From positions 1 through 60,213 of the forward strand of contig CAVVTZ010000003.1 of NCBI GenBank assembly GCA_963751275.1: a stretch of DNA of 60,213 nt, given 5' to 3'. The notes below the pieces were generated by a model. It did no database searches, had not been told where the DNA came from, and worked only from the letters and a program-made list of their open reading frames with translations. Position numbers and translations under genes: made by a program. Shown here piece after piece: positions 1 to 10,736 of this stretch (position 1 is its first letter; each line of letters opens with the position of its first letter). This DNA comes from an uncultured Gemmatimonadaceae bacterium (GTDB taxonomy: Bacteria > Gemmatimonadota > Gemmatimonadetes > Gemmatimonadales > Gemmatimonadaceae).

Positions 1-342
1 GTCACCATTAACTGCGATACGACGGTCGCGTTTGCACCCAACAAGATCGAGACCGCGCGCATGCTCTCGGAGTTGACCGGCGAGACCACCGTACGCCATG
101 CGCACCGCATGGTTTCCAGCATTGCCACCAGCGTATCGGAGCCTGAGACCGGAAGGTCGCTGATGACGCCGGACGAGGTCAGACGGCTAAGCGCCGACGA
201 GGTGCTGATCTTTACACGAGGGCATCCGGCGATCCGGACCAGGCGGCTGAAGTATCACCAACAAGATTTCTTTCAGCGGCGGGCGTCGATCGCAGCGCCA
301 AAGCAAAGCGATCGCATTACCGCTGCGCCTGCAGAGCAGTAA
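1..342 (+). CDS. virD4: Type IV coupling protein VirD4/TraG, C-terminal part (5' truncated by window edge)
   Basis: Frame reads 'NCDTTVAFAPNKIETARMLSELTGETTV...GRSLMTPDEVRRL..DEVLIFTRGHPAI', the typical TraG/VirD4 C-terminal motifs; upstream of trbB-J. Confidence 0.85.
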   Translation, partial: VTINCDTTVAFAPNKIETARMLSELTGETTVRHAHRMVSSIATSVSEPETGRSLMTPDEVRRLSADEVLIFTRGHPAIRTRRLKYHQQDFFQRRASIAAPKQSDRITAAPAEQ

Positions 343-371
343 AAAGAAGGACTCCCTCGGAGGCCCAATGA

Positions 372-909
372 ATGGTCAACCACCGGACCAGCAGGGGAGG
401 AGCCGACGTTCCTCAGCTACGGCGCGAATCAGAAAGCGACGTCAAAAAAGGAGCTGGTATGAGACGGCAAGTCGCCACCTACCTCAAGGAAGAAGAATTC
501 CAGCAGCTCGCGCGGCTGGCGGCGGGACGCAAAGTATCGCTCTCCCGCTACGTCAAGGACCGTCTGCTGAAAGCGGATGACGGTTCAGGCGCGGAAGCGC
601 AGGCCGAGGCAATCGTGGAGGCGATCGTCAGGTCCGCCGAACGGCGCTTTACCAACGGAGTCGAGCGTTCGATGCTCGGGCGCTTAAGCCGCTCGCGAAA
701 AGACTCGGCATGCTCACCGCGATGATCGATCAGTTCGCGCTGACGATGCTGATCAACACGCCGGAAATCATCGAAGCCAAAAGGATCAGGCGATCGCAGC
801 CGGCGAGCGGCGCCACCGCGGCTGGCAGCGTGCGGTCGAACAGCTGCTCAAAGAGCAGCATCCCGAAGCCGCCAGTGATGACAGCGCGGCAACGGGGCAC
901 ATGCCTGAC
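372..909 (+). CDS. Ribbon-helix-helix/CopG-like protein of the T4SS operon (frameshifted)
   Basis: 'RRQVATYLKEEEFQQLARLAAGRKVSLSRYVKDRLL' has an RHH pattern; appears to continue via a frameshift into 'MLTAMIDQFALTML'; usual position between traG and trbB; end approximate. Confidence 0.6.
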
Positions 910-1272
910 GCGCCGCGCTCAATGGAGCTGAGGATTCGTTCGATGAAGGAGAAATTTACGGTTTGGCAGCTGGCAGCGTTGGCGCATCCCCATAACGGCG
1001 AAGACGCACCGGACCCAGCCTGTATCCACGGACGCCCAGGCAAGCGCAGCGTGATTCTTACTTGCGATATCGATGACGAAAGCATGAGAGCTTCGGTGGT
1101 CCGGTGTGGCACGTCTCGGTATTCCGCCGGTCCGGGCCAAAGCCCAAACCTTTTGGCCAAGCCGGGGGAAGGCGAGCCGTTCGAAGAGCCGGGTGTAAGT
1201 CCGCAGATCTTTCATCTGCGCAGGCGAATGACGGCAGCGGAAATCGACCGGCTGGGAGATTCCGTCCAATGA
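901..1272 (+). CDS. Hypothetical protein
   Basis: 123-aa ORF whose TGA overlaps the trbB ATG (ATGA at 1269-1272); no recognisable family. Confidence 0.55.
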   Translation: MPDAPRSMELRIRSMKEKFTVWQLAALAHPHNGEDAPDPACIHGRPGKRSVILTCDIDDESMRASVVRCGTSRYSAGPGQSPNLLAKPGEGEPFEEPGVSPQIFHLRRRMTAAEIDRLGDSVQ

Positions 1273-2227
1273 TTTCACCGCAGCAAATCCAGGAAGCGCC
1301 GCCGCGACGAGCTGTTGCGGCGGCAACTGGGGCCGCAGCTACTCGCCGCGATCGCCGATCCGACGATCACCGACATCATCGTCAACGAGGATGGCCGGGT
1401 GTGGTTCGAAGCGCACGGCAAGGGATTGTACGCGGCCGGCTTCGTTCTGCCGGAAAGCCATCGCGAGAGCCTCATCGGCACGGTCGCCGCGTCACTCGGC
1501 ACCGGTCGCCGATAGCTGACCATCCGATCGTCGAGGGCGAACTTCCGATCGAGCGGATCCGTTTCGAGGGACTGCTGCCGCCGGTCGTGCGGCGTCCGTG
1601 CTTCGCGATGCGCAAGCCGGCGCAGGTGCTCTACACGCTCGACGATTACGTACGCGACGGGATCATGACCGCAGGCGCAGGCGGAGGTTTTCCGCGATGC
1701 GACGCGATCGCCGGCAGAACATCGCGATTGCCGGCGGCACCGGCTCAGGCAAGACCACGTTCGCGGGCGCGCTGATCAACGAGATGGTCGCGCGTTCCGA
1801 TCCGAACGAACGCTACGTGATCATCGAGGACACCCTCGAAATCCAGTGCCGCGCCGAAAATCTGGTGCAGCTGCATACCAGCGAAACGCCGATATGACGC
1901 GCCTGGTGCGCGCGACCATGCGGCTGCGCCCGGACCGCATCATCATCGGCGAGGTGCGCGGCGGCGAAGCGCTGGCGCTGCTGAAGGCGTGGCTGACCGG
2001 GCATCCGGGCGGCGTGACCACGATCCACGCGAATTCCGCCAGGCGGCGCTGACGCGGCTTTCCAGTCTCGTGCAGGAAGCGGGCGTGCCGCCGCAGCCGG
2101 AACTGATCGCCGAGACGATCAATCTGATCGCTTTCATCGTGCGCACGCCGAAAGGCCGCAGGTCACCGAACTGGTGCGCGTCGAAAGCTACGACGCGCGC
2201 GAAGGATTTCGGCTTGAGGCCGCTTGA
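1269..2227 (+). CDS. trbB: Conjugal transfer ATPase TrbB/VirB11 (several frameshifts)
   Basis: Fragments '[16 protein letters not shown]', Walker A '[11 protein letters not shown]', '[10 protein letters not shown]', '[18 protein letters not shown]', '[15 protein letters not shown]'. Confidence 0.9.
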
Positions 2228-2324
2228 TTACAAGGATTCGAGGACGCCACAGGCGTCATGCATCAAAGGAGGGTCGGGAAATGGAGATAAGTTAAAGTAT
2301 CGGTTGAAGAAATGGGCAGCGCGG

Positions 2325-2624
2325 ATGGGCTACGCATGCGGAGTTCTCACGATCGCGCTGCCGGCGCGGGCATTCGCGGCCGTCGCCGGCGGCGGCGTAC
2401 TGCCGTGGGACCCACCGCTCAACACCTTGCAGACCGATCTGCAGGGACCGGTCGCGCATGCGGTCACGACCGCGGCGATCATCGGCACCGGCATCACCTG
2501 GGCGGTGAGCGAGCACGGCACCGGCGTACGCAAGATGTCGGCGATCGCCTTCGGCGGTGCGGCAGCCCTGGGCGCGACCACGCTGATGACGGCGCTGTTT
2601 CCGGCAGCGGGCGCGCTTTTCTAA
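2325..2624 (+). CDS. trbC: Conjugal pilin TrbC/VirB2
   Basis: Signal peptide, 'GGGVLPWDPPLNTLQTDLQGPVA', then two hydrophobic helices; true start may be ATG 2281 (after GGAGG) with a frameshift. Confidence 0.85.
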   Translation: MGYACGVLTIALPARAFAAVAGGGVLPWDPPLNTLQTDLQGPVAHAVTTAAIIGTGITWAVSEHGTGVRKMSAIAFGGAAALGATTLMTALFPAAGALF

Positions 2625-2641
2625 AGCGCGAGGAGTTGCAG

Positions 2642-2986
2642 ATGAACGGGGAAGGGCGGCGGCTCAACGCCATTCATCAATCGCTCGTGCGGCCGATCCT
2701 GCTGGCGGGCGCGGAGCGACCGCTGGCGATCGCCAACTGGATTACCGCCGCCGCCCTGATTCTCGGTCGCGGGCCAGTGGTACACGGCCGCCTCGGAGCG
2801 CTGCTGGCGACCGCCGGTCATTGGGTGCTGGTGCAGCTCGCCAAAATCGATCCGCAATTGAGCCGGGTCTACATCCGCCACATTCGCTATCGCCAGGATC
2901 GCTATCCGGCACGCGCTTCGCTGTGGGCGCCGCCGCCGGCGCGAATTCGGCCAACCGTACCGCAGCCGCGCGAGCTGCGGGAATGA
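2642..2986 (+). CDS. trbD: TrbD/VirB3
   Basis: 'IHQSLVRPILLAGAERPLAI...LAKIDPQLSRVYIRHIRY', between trbC and trbE, GAGGAG RBS. Confidence 0.85.
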   Translation: MNGEGRRLNAIHQSLVRPILLAGAERPLAIANWITAAALILGRGPVVHGRLGALLATAGHWVLVQLAKIDPQLSRVYIRHIRYRQDRYPARASLWAPPPARIRPTVPQPRELRE

Positions 2987-3002
2987 GGAGAAAGGGGAGA
3001 GG

Positions 3003-5534
3003 GTGATGTTTTTCAAGGAGTTTCAAGATTTAAGACGCAAGGCGGATCGGCGGCTGGGCCTGCCCGATCTGCTCAACTACGGCTTTGCCGAAGACGACCA
3101 CACCATCGTGATGAAGGACGGCGCGCGGCTGGCGGCTTTCGAGTGTCACGGCTCCGATCTCAATTCGGCCAGCACCGAGGAACTCGACGCGCACCGCGCG
3201 CTCGCCAATCGCGCCTTCGTGCGTCTCGATGACGGCTTTGCCTACCAGGTCGATCTTATCCGCTATCCGAGCGCCGAATATCCCGAACAGGACGTTTGCC
3301 GATCCGGTCAGCGCGATGATCGACCACGAGGCGGCGATGCACTACGCGCAGGAAGGGCAATCACTACGAAACCCGATGCGTGCTCACCATCGCCTGCCGC
3401 AGAACCTCGGCCGTCGAGACCAGGCTTGGGTGGCGCATTCATCTCGGGCGCCGGTAGCGCAGATCGCGAACGCGAGCGCGAATGGTTCAAGCAGCAGCTC
3501 CAGGAATTCGTCGACGCGATCAGCCCGGTCTGGAAGCTGACCCCGCTCGATCTGTCCGCGCTGCTGTCGCACATCACCAGCTGCATCAACGGGCGCATGT
3601 GCCAGGTGAAGGCGCCCGCGGCACCGGTGCCGCTCGATGCGGTACTGGGCAATCAGGACTTCGTTCCGGGCTTCAAACCGCGCATCGGCGGACGGCACAT
3701 CCGCGTGGTCTCGCTGTCCGGCTTTCCGCCTTTCTCACATGCCGAGCTGGCACTGTTTCTGGCGGAACTGCCGCTTTCCTATCGCTATTCGATCCGCGCG
3801 ATTCCGCTGGGACTCAGAACTTCGGTCAGCCAGCTCGGCGTGCTTCGGCGCAACTGGTTCCAGAAGCGCAAAGGCGCGCGGGCGATGTTCAGCGAAAGCA
3901 TCGGTTCGGGTGCCGGCGCCGCCTTCGAAAATCAGCACGCGCTCAGGATGGCGGCGGATGCCGACGATGCGATTGCCGAGGCCGAAGGCGGCGCGGTCCG
4001 CTTCTGCTACGTCACGCCGAAGATCATCCTCACCGGCGATACCGCCGCCGAAGCCGACGAAAGCGCGCAGCTGGTCTTCAAGGTCTGCCAGAACATGGGC
4101 TTCGATCCGCGCATCGAAACCCCCAACGCCAATGAGGCGCTGGCTCGGCTCGATTCCGATCCACGGCTGGTACGACGTGCGCAAGCCGTTGGTCAGTACC
4201 CGCAACCTGGCCGACATCATGCCGCTGACCAGCATCTGGCCGGGTCTGGCGACCAATCCATGTCCGTACTATCCGCCGAACACGCCGGCGCTCTGCTATG
4301 GCGCGACCACCGGCAGCACGCCTTTCCGCTTCAATCTCCATCGGGCGATACCGGCCACACCATCATCGAGGGACCGACCGGAGCGGCAAGAGCGTCGCGC
4401 TCGGCGTAATCGCGGCCAACGCCCGCGCCGTTCCCGGGTATGCAGATCTTCTTCATGGACAAGGGCTATTCGGCTTTCGTGCTGACCAAGGCGCTGGGCG
4501 GCCAGCACCTCGATCTGGGCGAGGAGGAGGTGCCGCTGCAGCCGCTGGCGCGAATCGACGATCCCACCGACCGCATGAAGATTCAAGGTCTGCTTGAAGA
4601 CTGGATTGCGCTGCAGAGCGTCAAACTTCTGCCGCCGCAAACCAGGGCACTCTATCGTGCGCTGGAACTCGTCGGCGAAGCGCCGGTTGAGCAGCGCACC
4701 ATCACCAATCTGATCACCCAGGTGCAGGACCCGACGGTGCGCGATGGCTTAACGCCGTTTTCGCTCGCCGGACCGCTCGGGCGCTTTCTCGACGCCGATC
4801 GCGACGTGCTGCTCGACAGCGATTTCGTCACCTTCGAGCTCGAAACGCTGATGGGGATGGGACCGAAGGTCATCATTCCGGTGCTGACCTATCTGTTTCA
4901 TCGCATCGAGCAGCGGCTCGACGGGCGACCTACGCTGATCGTCATCGACGAAGCGTGGATGGTGCTGGCCAACGCGACCTTCGGCGCGAAGCTCGAGGAA
5001 TGGCTGCGCACCTTGCGCAAGAAGAACGCGGCGGTCGTGCTGGCGACCCAGAGCCTCAGCGAGATCGCCAATTCGCCCTATCGCGACGTCATTCTGGAAT
5101 CGTGTCCGACCAAGCTCTATCTGCCCAACGCCGAGGCGCGAAATCCGCAGACCCGTGAGCTTTACCGGAAGTTCGGACTCTCCGATCGACAGATCGACAT
5201 CATCGCCGAGGCCGCGCCCAAGCGCGATTACTATTACGTCTCGCCGCTCGGACGGCGGCTCTTCCAGTTCGCGCTCGGACCGGCTGCGCTGGCCTTCATC
5301 GGCGCCGGTTCGAAGGACGACGTGCTCGCAGCGCGGCGGATGATCGCCGAGCACGGCGAACGCTGGCCCGTCGAGTGGCTGCGCGCGCGCGGCTTCGGTG
5401 AATGGGCCGACTACCTCGATGGCCAGCTCACTCAGGAAGCTAGCGGCAGTGCGAGCACCTCACCGATTCCAATCGGCATCTGGGCGATCACACTGCTCAG
5501 CATGAAGCGGCGGCATGAGAGGGGAGGGGAGTGA
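3003..5534 (+). CDS. trbE: VirB4-family ATPase TrbE (frameshifted)
   Basis: 'GHTIIEGPTG' Walker A region, 'FFMDKGYS', Walker B 'PTLIVIDEAW', 'EWLRTLRKKNAAVVLATQS', 'LESCPTKLYLPN'. Confidence 0.92.
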
Positions 5535-5535
5535 A

Positions 5536-6206
5536 ATGAAGTTCAAGCGCAACTTTAATTCTATGCTGATGGTTGCGGCGCTGCTGTCTCGCGTGCCGGG
5601 ATCCGGCCCACGCGATGTTCGGCGTCGGCGATGTCGTCTTCGATCCGACGATGTACGCGAGCCAGCTGCAGCAGCTGCAGCAGGAAACCGCCACCGTCAC
5701 GAACCTGGCTCAGCAGCTTCAGTACGCGATCAAGAACACGACCGGCGGCGGCGCCGGCGTCTGGCAGTCCAATCAGAACCTGCTCACCAATCTGGGCGGT
5801 CTGATTTCCGAGCAGCAGGGCCTTTCGTACACCTTTCAGGGCCTCGCCCAGCAGTTCCAGCAGCTCTATCCCGGCTACAACGTGACTCAACACGCCGGGT
5901 GCGCAAAGCCCGCAGGCGAGCGTCGATACCACGCTCAACACGCTGAACGGCGCGCTGCAGAGCGCGCAGTCGCAGGCCCAGAATTTTCAGAGCGAGCAGG
6001 CCGCGCTGCAAAGGCTCGAGCTGAAGAATCAGACCGCGGTCGGCAATCTGCAGGCGGTTCAGGTGAGCAACGAAATCGCGCTCGCCCAGGTCCAGCAGAT
6101 CCAGATGCTGCGCCAGCTCGTCATGGCCCAGATGAATTCGCAGAACACCGCGGCGGCCAATCAGCTCAATAGCCAGACACAAAGCCAGCTCGCGGCGCAG
6201 GCTTGA
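5536..6206 (+). CDS. trbJ: TrbJ/VirB5-like conjugal transfer protein (frameshifted, possibly truncated at junction)
   Basis: Signal peptide, 'VVFDPTMYASQLQQLQQ', Gln-rich helices, 'AVGNLQAVQVSNEIA'; follows trbE. Confidence 0.75.
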
Positions 6207-7609
6207 GCGTATTCGGATTCTGCGAGTCCATCGACATCATCGAGCAGCCGGTGGAGGCGTTGCCGCCGCCGAGCATCTTGTTCCACGACTTGCCGCCGTC
6301 GGTGGTCTTGTAGACGCCGCGGTCGGGGCTGTCGCTGAACGCCTTGCCCGGCACGCACGCGTATACCGTGTTCGCGTCGGACGGGTTCACGATGATCTTC
6401 ACGATGTGCTCCGACTCGCGGAGCCCCATGTTGGTCCACGTCTCGCCGCCGTCGGTGGACTTGTAAATTCCGTCGCCCACCGACACCGAATTGCGGATCC
6501 ACGATTCGCCGGTGCCCACCCAGATGACCTTCGGATTGGTCGGGTCGATGGTGATCGCGCCGATCGACTGCACGGTCTCCTTGTCGAACACAGGCTTGAA
6601 CGTGGTGCCGCCGTTCATGCTCTTCCAGACGCCGCCGCTCGCGGCGCCCACGTACACGGTGAGCCGGTCGCCCTCGTGCACGGCGGCGAGCGCGGCGATG
6701 CGGCCGCTCATCTCGGCGGATCCGATGTTGCGCGCGGAGATGCCGGCGGTGGTCTCGGAATCCACACGCGTCGCGGCGGCCGGTCCCATCGCCGCGGGCA
6801 TCGGAACGGGCTTCGCCGCGGGCGCCGCCGCCACGGGCGGCAGCGAGTTCAACTGCGGCACGGGCGACACGCCGGCCGCGGGCTCGGTGAAGAGCGAATT
6901 GTCGAGCGTGACGTTGGCTTCGATGGACGTGAACTCGAAGTTCGCGCGATCCGACGCCGGACTCCCCTTGTCGCCAATGGTCATCGCGTACGGGAGGTAC
7001 CAGCCGTTCACCGGCTTGAAGTTGCCGACGGTGACTTCGAACTCGCGCTCGGCGCCGCGGATCACGCGCTTCACGTCGTACTTGATGGGGAGGTAGTAGT
7101 CCTTGTCGATGTAATAGGTGCGCACGTCGCCGTTGCTGGCGAGCGTGAGGCGGAGCTTGTAGACGTCGGTTCCGTCCACCTCGTCGGTGCCGAGATATTC
7201 GAGCTTGTTCCCCTCGCGCGCGTAGGAGAGCAGGGGATCCTCGAACTCGGCGTCCTCGATGAGCCCGCGCATGTCATCCTCGGTCACGGGCTGCACGTCC
7301 TTGCGGCCGTTGAAAGGCTCGACCTTCCAGCCCTTCGTGCCGTCATAGGCGGTGATGCCCACCATGCCGCCGAATCCGAATTCTTCACGCACCATGTTCG
7401 TGCGCTTGGCCTCGTACAGGATGCGCACTTCGAATCCGCCGCCGCCAATGAAGCGGCCCGTGCGCCGGAGCGTGGTGACGGCGGCGATCGTGGCGGCGCC
7501 GCCGGAGCGCGCAATGTACTGCGCGACGATGGAGTCGGCGGACTGCTGGGCGGCGAGGGGCGCGGCGATGATCGCCAGCGGGAGGAATGAACTTGAGCGA
7601 CGGGCGCAT
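6205..7609 (-). CDS. Secreted fusion: LolA-like lipoprotein-sorting domain plus N-terminal part of a VPS10/BNR beta-propeller, 3' truncated
   Basis: AGGAG RBS and ATG 7609, one frameshift in the signal peptide; 'SADSIVAQYIARSGG...YYIDKDYYLP...FKPVNGWYLPY...IEANVTLDNSLF', Pro/Ala linker, then 'RNIGSAEMSGRI...GGVWKS..GGTTF..GTGE..GDGIYKSTDGGETW'; similarity stops after 'MDSQNPNTL'. Confidence 0.8.
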
Positions 7610-7680
7610 GGGTGGCTCCTCAGAGAGTCGGGTGCATCACTCCAAAGTGGTTCGCGCGGGGGCGGAGTGCCAGTACGACA

Positions 7681-7712
7681 AAAGAGCGCGCTCCGATTGG
7701 AGCGCGCTCTTT
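7681..7712 (-). terminator. Rho-independent terminator
   Basis: Perfect 14-bp stem AAAGAGCGCGCTCC-gatt-GGAGCGCGCTCTTT, with a T-run on the minus strand, just downstream of the 7754 stop. Confidence 0.85.
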
Positions 7713-7753
7713 CGTTGCGAGGCGACTCGAGATGTGTCCGAGCGCGATCGGCG

Positions 7754-9971
7754 CTAGCGTCTCCTTCCGCCGCCACCGCCGCCCGAACGCGACCCGCCGC
7801 CGGAACGCGCGGAATTGTAGTTCTGCGTCCGCTGCTGCCCTTGCTGGCGCGCCTGCTGTGTCCGGGGCACATCGGCCGGAACGTTGCGGCTCGACGCGGC
7901 ACCCGCGCCGCCGCTGTCCTGCCACTTGCCGCCCTGGTTCGTCTGCCAGCTGTTCCCGTTCTGGCGATAGACGTTCCCGTCCTTGCCGGCGACCACATTG
8001 TTCGGCCGGTTGGACGCGCTCCCGCCGGATCGGAGATCGTTCGTGGAAGGCTGATTGGCCAGCCGCCCCTCGCTCCCCGGCTGACGATACATGTTGTTGC
8101 TGACGCCGGGGCCCCCGCCGACGCCGCCAGGTTTACCGGGCTCCGCCAACGCCGCCGACTCCACCCACTCCACCCACTCCACCTACTCCACCTACGCCGC
8201 CAACTCCGCCGACTCCACCGACTCCACCCACACCGCCCACTCCACCGACTCCACCCACTCCGCCCCCGTAGCCGGGATACCCGCCGTACGGCGGCCGGTA
8301 GTACGGCGGCGGATACATGGGACGCCCATACGGACCGTACCATCCTCCATAGCCGCCGAACGCGATGCCCACATGCAGGAACGGCGTGCTGAAGCCGAAT
8401 CCCACGGTGAACCCCGTATACGGATTCCACCGCACCGCCACACCGTACGTCACCGGGCGCGGATAGTAGTAGTACGGAGAGACGTACGGCGGATAGTAGA
8501 ATCCGGTGCCGTACACCACCGTGCCGTAATACGGATACATCCCCATGTAGCCGGGCGTGTAGCCGACGTACACCACCGTCGGCGTCGTGTCGTACACCTC
8601 GACGTACTTCACATTGTAGACCGGCGAGCTCGGCGGGATCGATTGCACCGACTGTGGCACGGAGTCGGCCACCGTCCACGGACCCCGCGGGCCGATCGCC
8701 AGGAACCACACCGCCTTGTCACACACGTAGTACATCGAGCCGATCTTGAGCACCTGCGACGCCGTATTGGTGGCGTACTGGATGTCGGTGCCCGTCACCG
8801 GCGAGAATGCCGGTTCCCCATCGTACTCGACTACGACCTTCGCCGTCGCGCGGTCGATCGCCGCCGTCTGCGGGATCTGCGCGTCCATCACCGCGTCCTT
8901 CGCTTGCTGCGTGCCGGGCACCGACGCGAGCGCTTCCGACTTCGCGCTGGCCGGGGGGATCTTCGCGAACGACTTGGGCAGCGAGTCGGGGTGGACGAAC
9001 TTCCACGGACCCTCGAAGGTCTTCGCGGAGAACCAGCGCCCGGAGAGCAGCACGTACGTGCGCTGCGTGCCGAGGTCCTTCAGCACGACGCGGTCGGTGT
9101 TCTTCACGTATACCAGGTCGGTGCCCGTCATCGGCGACCAGCTCGGCGCGCCCTCGAACACGATGAGCTCGGTGGGCTTGGTGGCGACCACGATCTTCGG
9201 CGGTGCGCCCGGGGGTGCGCTGTCGCGCTGCAACGAATCGGGGACGAGTGCTTTCACCGGTGCCGGCGGCGCGGTGATCTTCTCCCACGGCCCGAGCGCA
9301 TTCTTGGCGGAATACCAGAGCGGCCCGCCATTCAAGTAGAATGCGCCCCCCGCCGAGTCCCACACCACCATCATCGGCGTGTTCACCGCGCGTTTGAACG
9401 GCGTGTCCGCCATCTTCTGCAGGATCGGATCGCCGGCGTACAGGAGGAGCGCCGCCGGCACATTGGAGGTGAGGATCACCGGCGGCGTCGTGTTGAGGCT
9501 GTCGGCCGAGCGCTCCTCGACCGCGGCGAGCTCGAGGCTCGAGGAGAATCGGTCGAGCGCGATCTCGAAACGCCACTTCTCGGCGAGCGGCCCCACGATG
9601 GCGCGGAATGCCTTCTCCTTTTCTGGCGTGATGCCGGTGAAGCGGATATTCGTCACGACCACCTGATCGATGTGCACGGTGCGCGAGTCCTTGTCGGACT
9701 GCGCACGCGCCGAGAACCAGACGACGCCGAACACGGGCGTCGTGCTTCCGGTGCGTGTGAGCGAGACGGCCGAGCGCGCGGTGAAGTGGATCCCCTTGAG
9801 CGACTCGGGCTCCGGTTGGTAAATGATGATCCGCGCGGAATCGGTCTTGAGCTCGCGCGGCCAGCCGATCTCGCCGGCCTGCTGCGCCGCCGCGACGGGC
9901 GGGGCGAGGCAGAGCGCGGTGGAGAGGATGGCGAGCGCACGGAGCGCACGGTCGAACGGTCTTGTCAGCAT
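7754..9971 (-). CDS. Large secreted protein with internal repeats and a Tyr/Pro/Gly-rich low-complexity tail (family often annotated 'carbohydrate-binding family V/XII'); frameshift near 8135
   Basis: Signal peptide, 'WPRE...IIIYQP', repeated 'GRWFSAKTFEGPW'/'AVWFLAIGPRGPW' units, 'VYVGYTPGY', tail 'NNVVAGKDGNVYR'. Confidence 0.75.
8142..8267 (-). repeat. 9-bp degenerate tandem repeat encoding about (GGV)13
   Basis: Minus-strand GGN-GGN-GTN units with synonymous variation. Confidence 0.9.
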
Positions 9972-10170
9972 GGGTTTCTCTCGATGCGTCGGGAGCCGGA
10001 GCCGCGGTGTGCACGTGCGGCCGATTGGAACCTATGACGGCGAGTATCCCGCGCAATGGCGGTGGTGCATGTGCTCAGTTCCTGGACTGCACCGAGCGTA
10101 GCGGCCAGTGGGAATCGAGTAGCTTTATCGGTCCCCGCATGGCCTCGCTCCCCCAGCCCGAGAGACGTCC

Positions 10171-10675
10171 ATGCAGAGTCGAGTGATGGCCATCGCACTC
10201 GCCGCCGGCGGTATCGCTCGCGGCGTGCTCCTACGGACGGTACGTGCCGCCCACGCCGGTCCGGCCCACGCAGGCGATCGTCCACGCGCGCTTCGCGCCG
10301 GCGTGGTCGGAGGCGATCGCCTGGTTCGGAGAAACGCATTTCCCGATCCAGAAGACCGATTCGGCGGCCGGAACGCTGGCGACCCGCGCCTACCAGCTCA
10401 CCAGCGCCGACAGCGCGCAGTGGGCCGACTGCGGGAAGGAACCGCCGGGGTTCGGCACGCCGCCGCCGCCGAGGGTCTTCGCCGCGGTGAACGTGCGGAT
10501 CAAGGACCTCGGCGACTCCGTCGCGGTGCGCGCGAGCGTCGAGTTGACGCTCGATTACGCGCCGGGCTATGCGCCGGAGGACAAGGGGTACGTGTCGCAG
10601 ACCGTCGTGTGTTACTCGACGGGGAAATGGGAGGCCGGGCTCGTGAAGGCAATGCAACGCGCGCGAGCGGAATGA
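10171..10675 (+). CDS. Putative lipoprotein (frameshift in the signal region)
   Basis: Signal-like N-terminus, '..ACSYGRYVPPTP', body with 'WADCG' and 'CYSTGKWE'. Confidence 0.55.
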
Positions 10676-10736
10676 ACGCGTGGCCGGACGGAGGCCGGCC
10701 GTAGCCGCATTCTCGCGGCGGCCGTAATATCCGCGG

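Noticed and set aside
6166..8709. 847-aa ORF as one protein
   Set aside because: Its 5' part is an off-frame read of the upstream gene and crosses a terminator; the real start is at 7609
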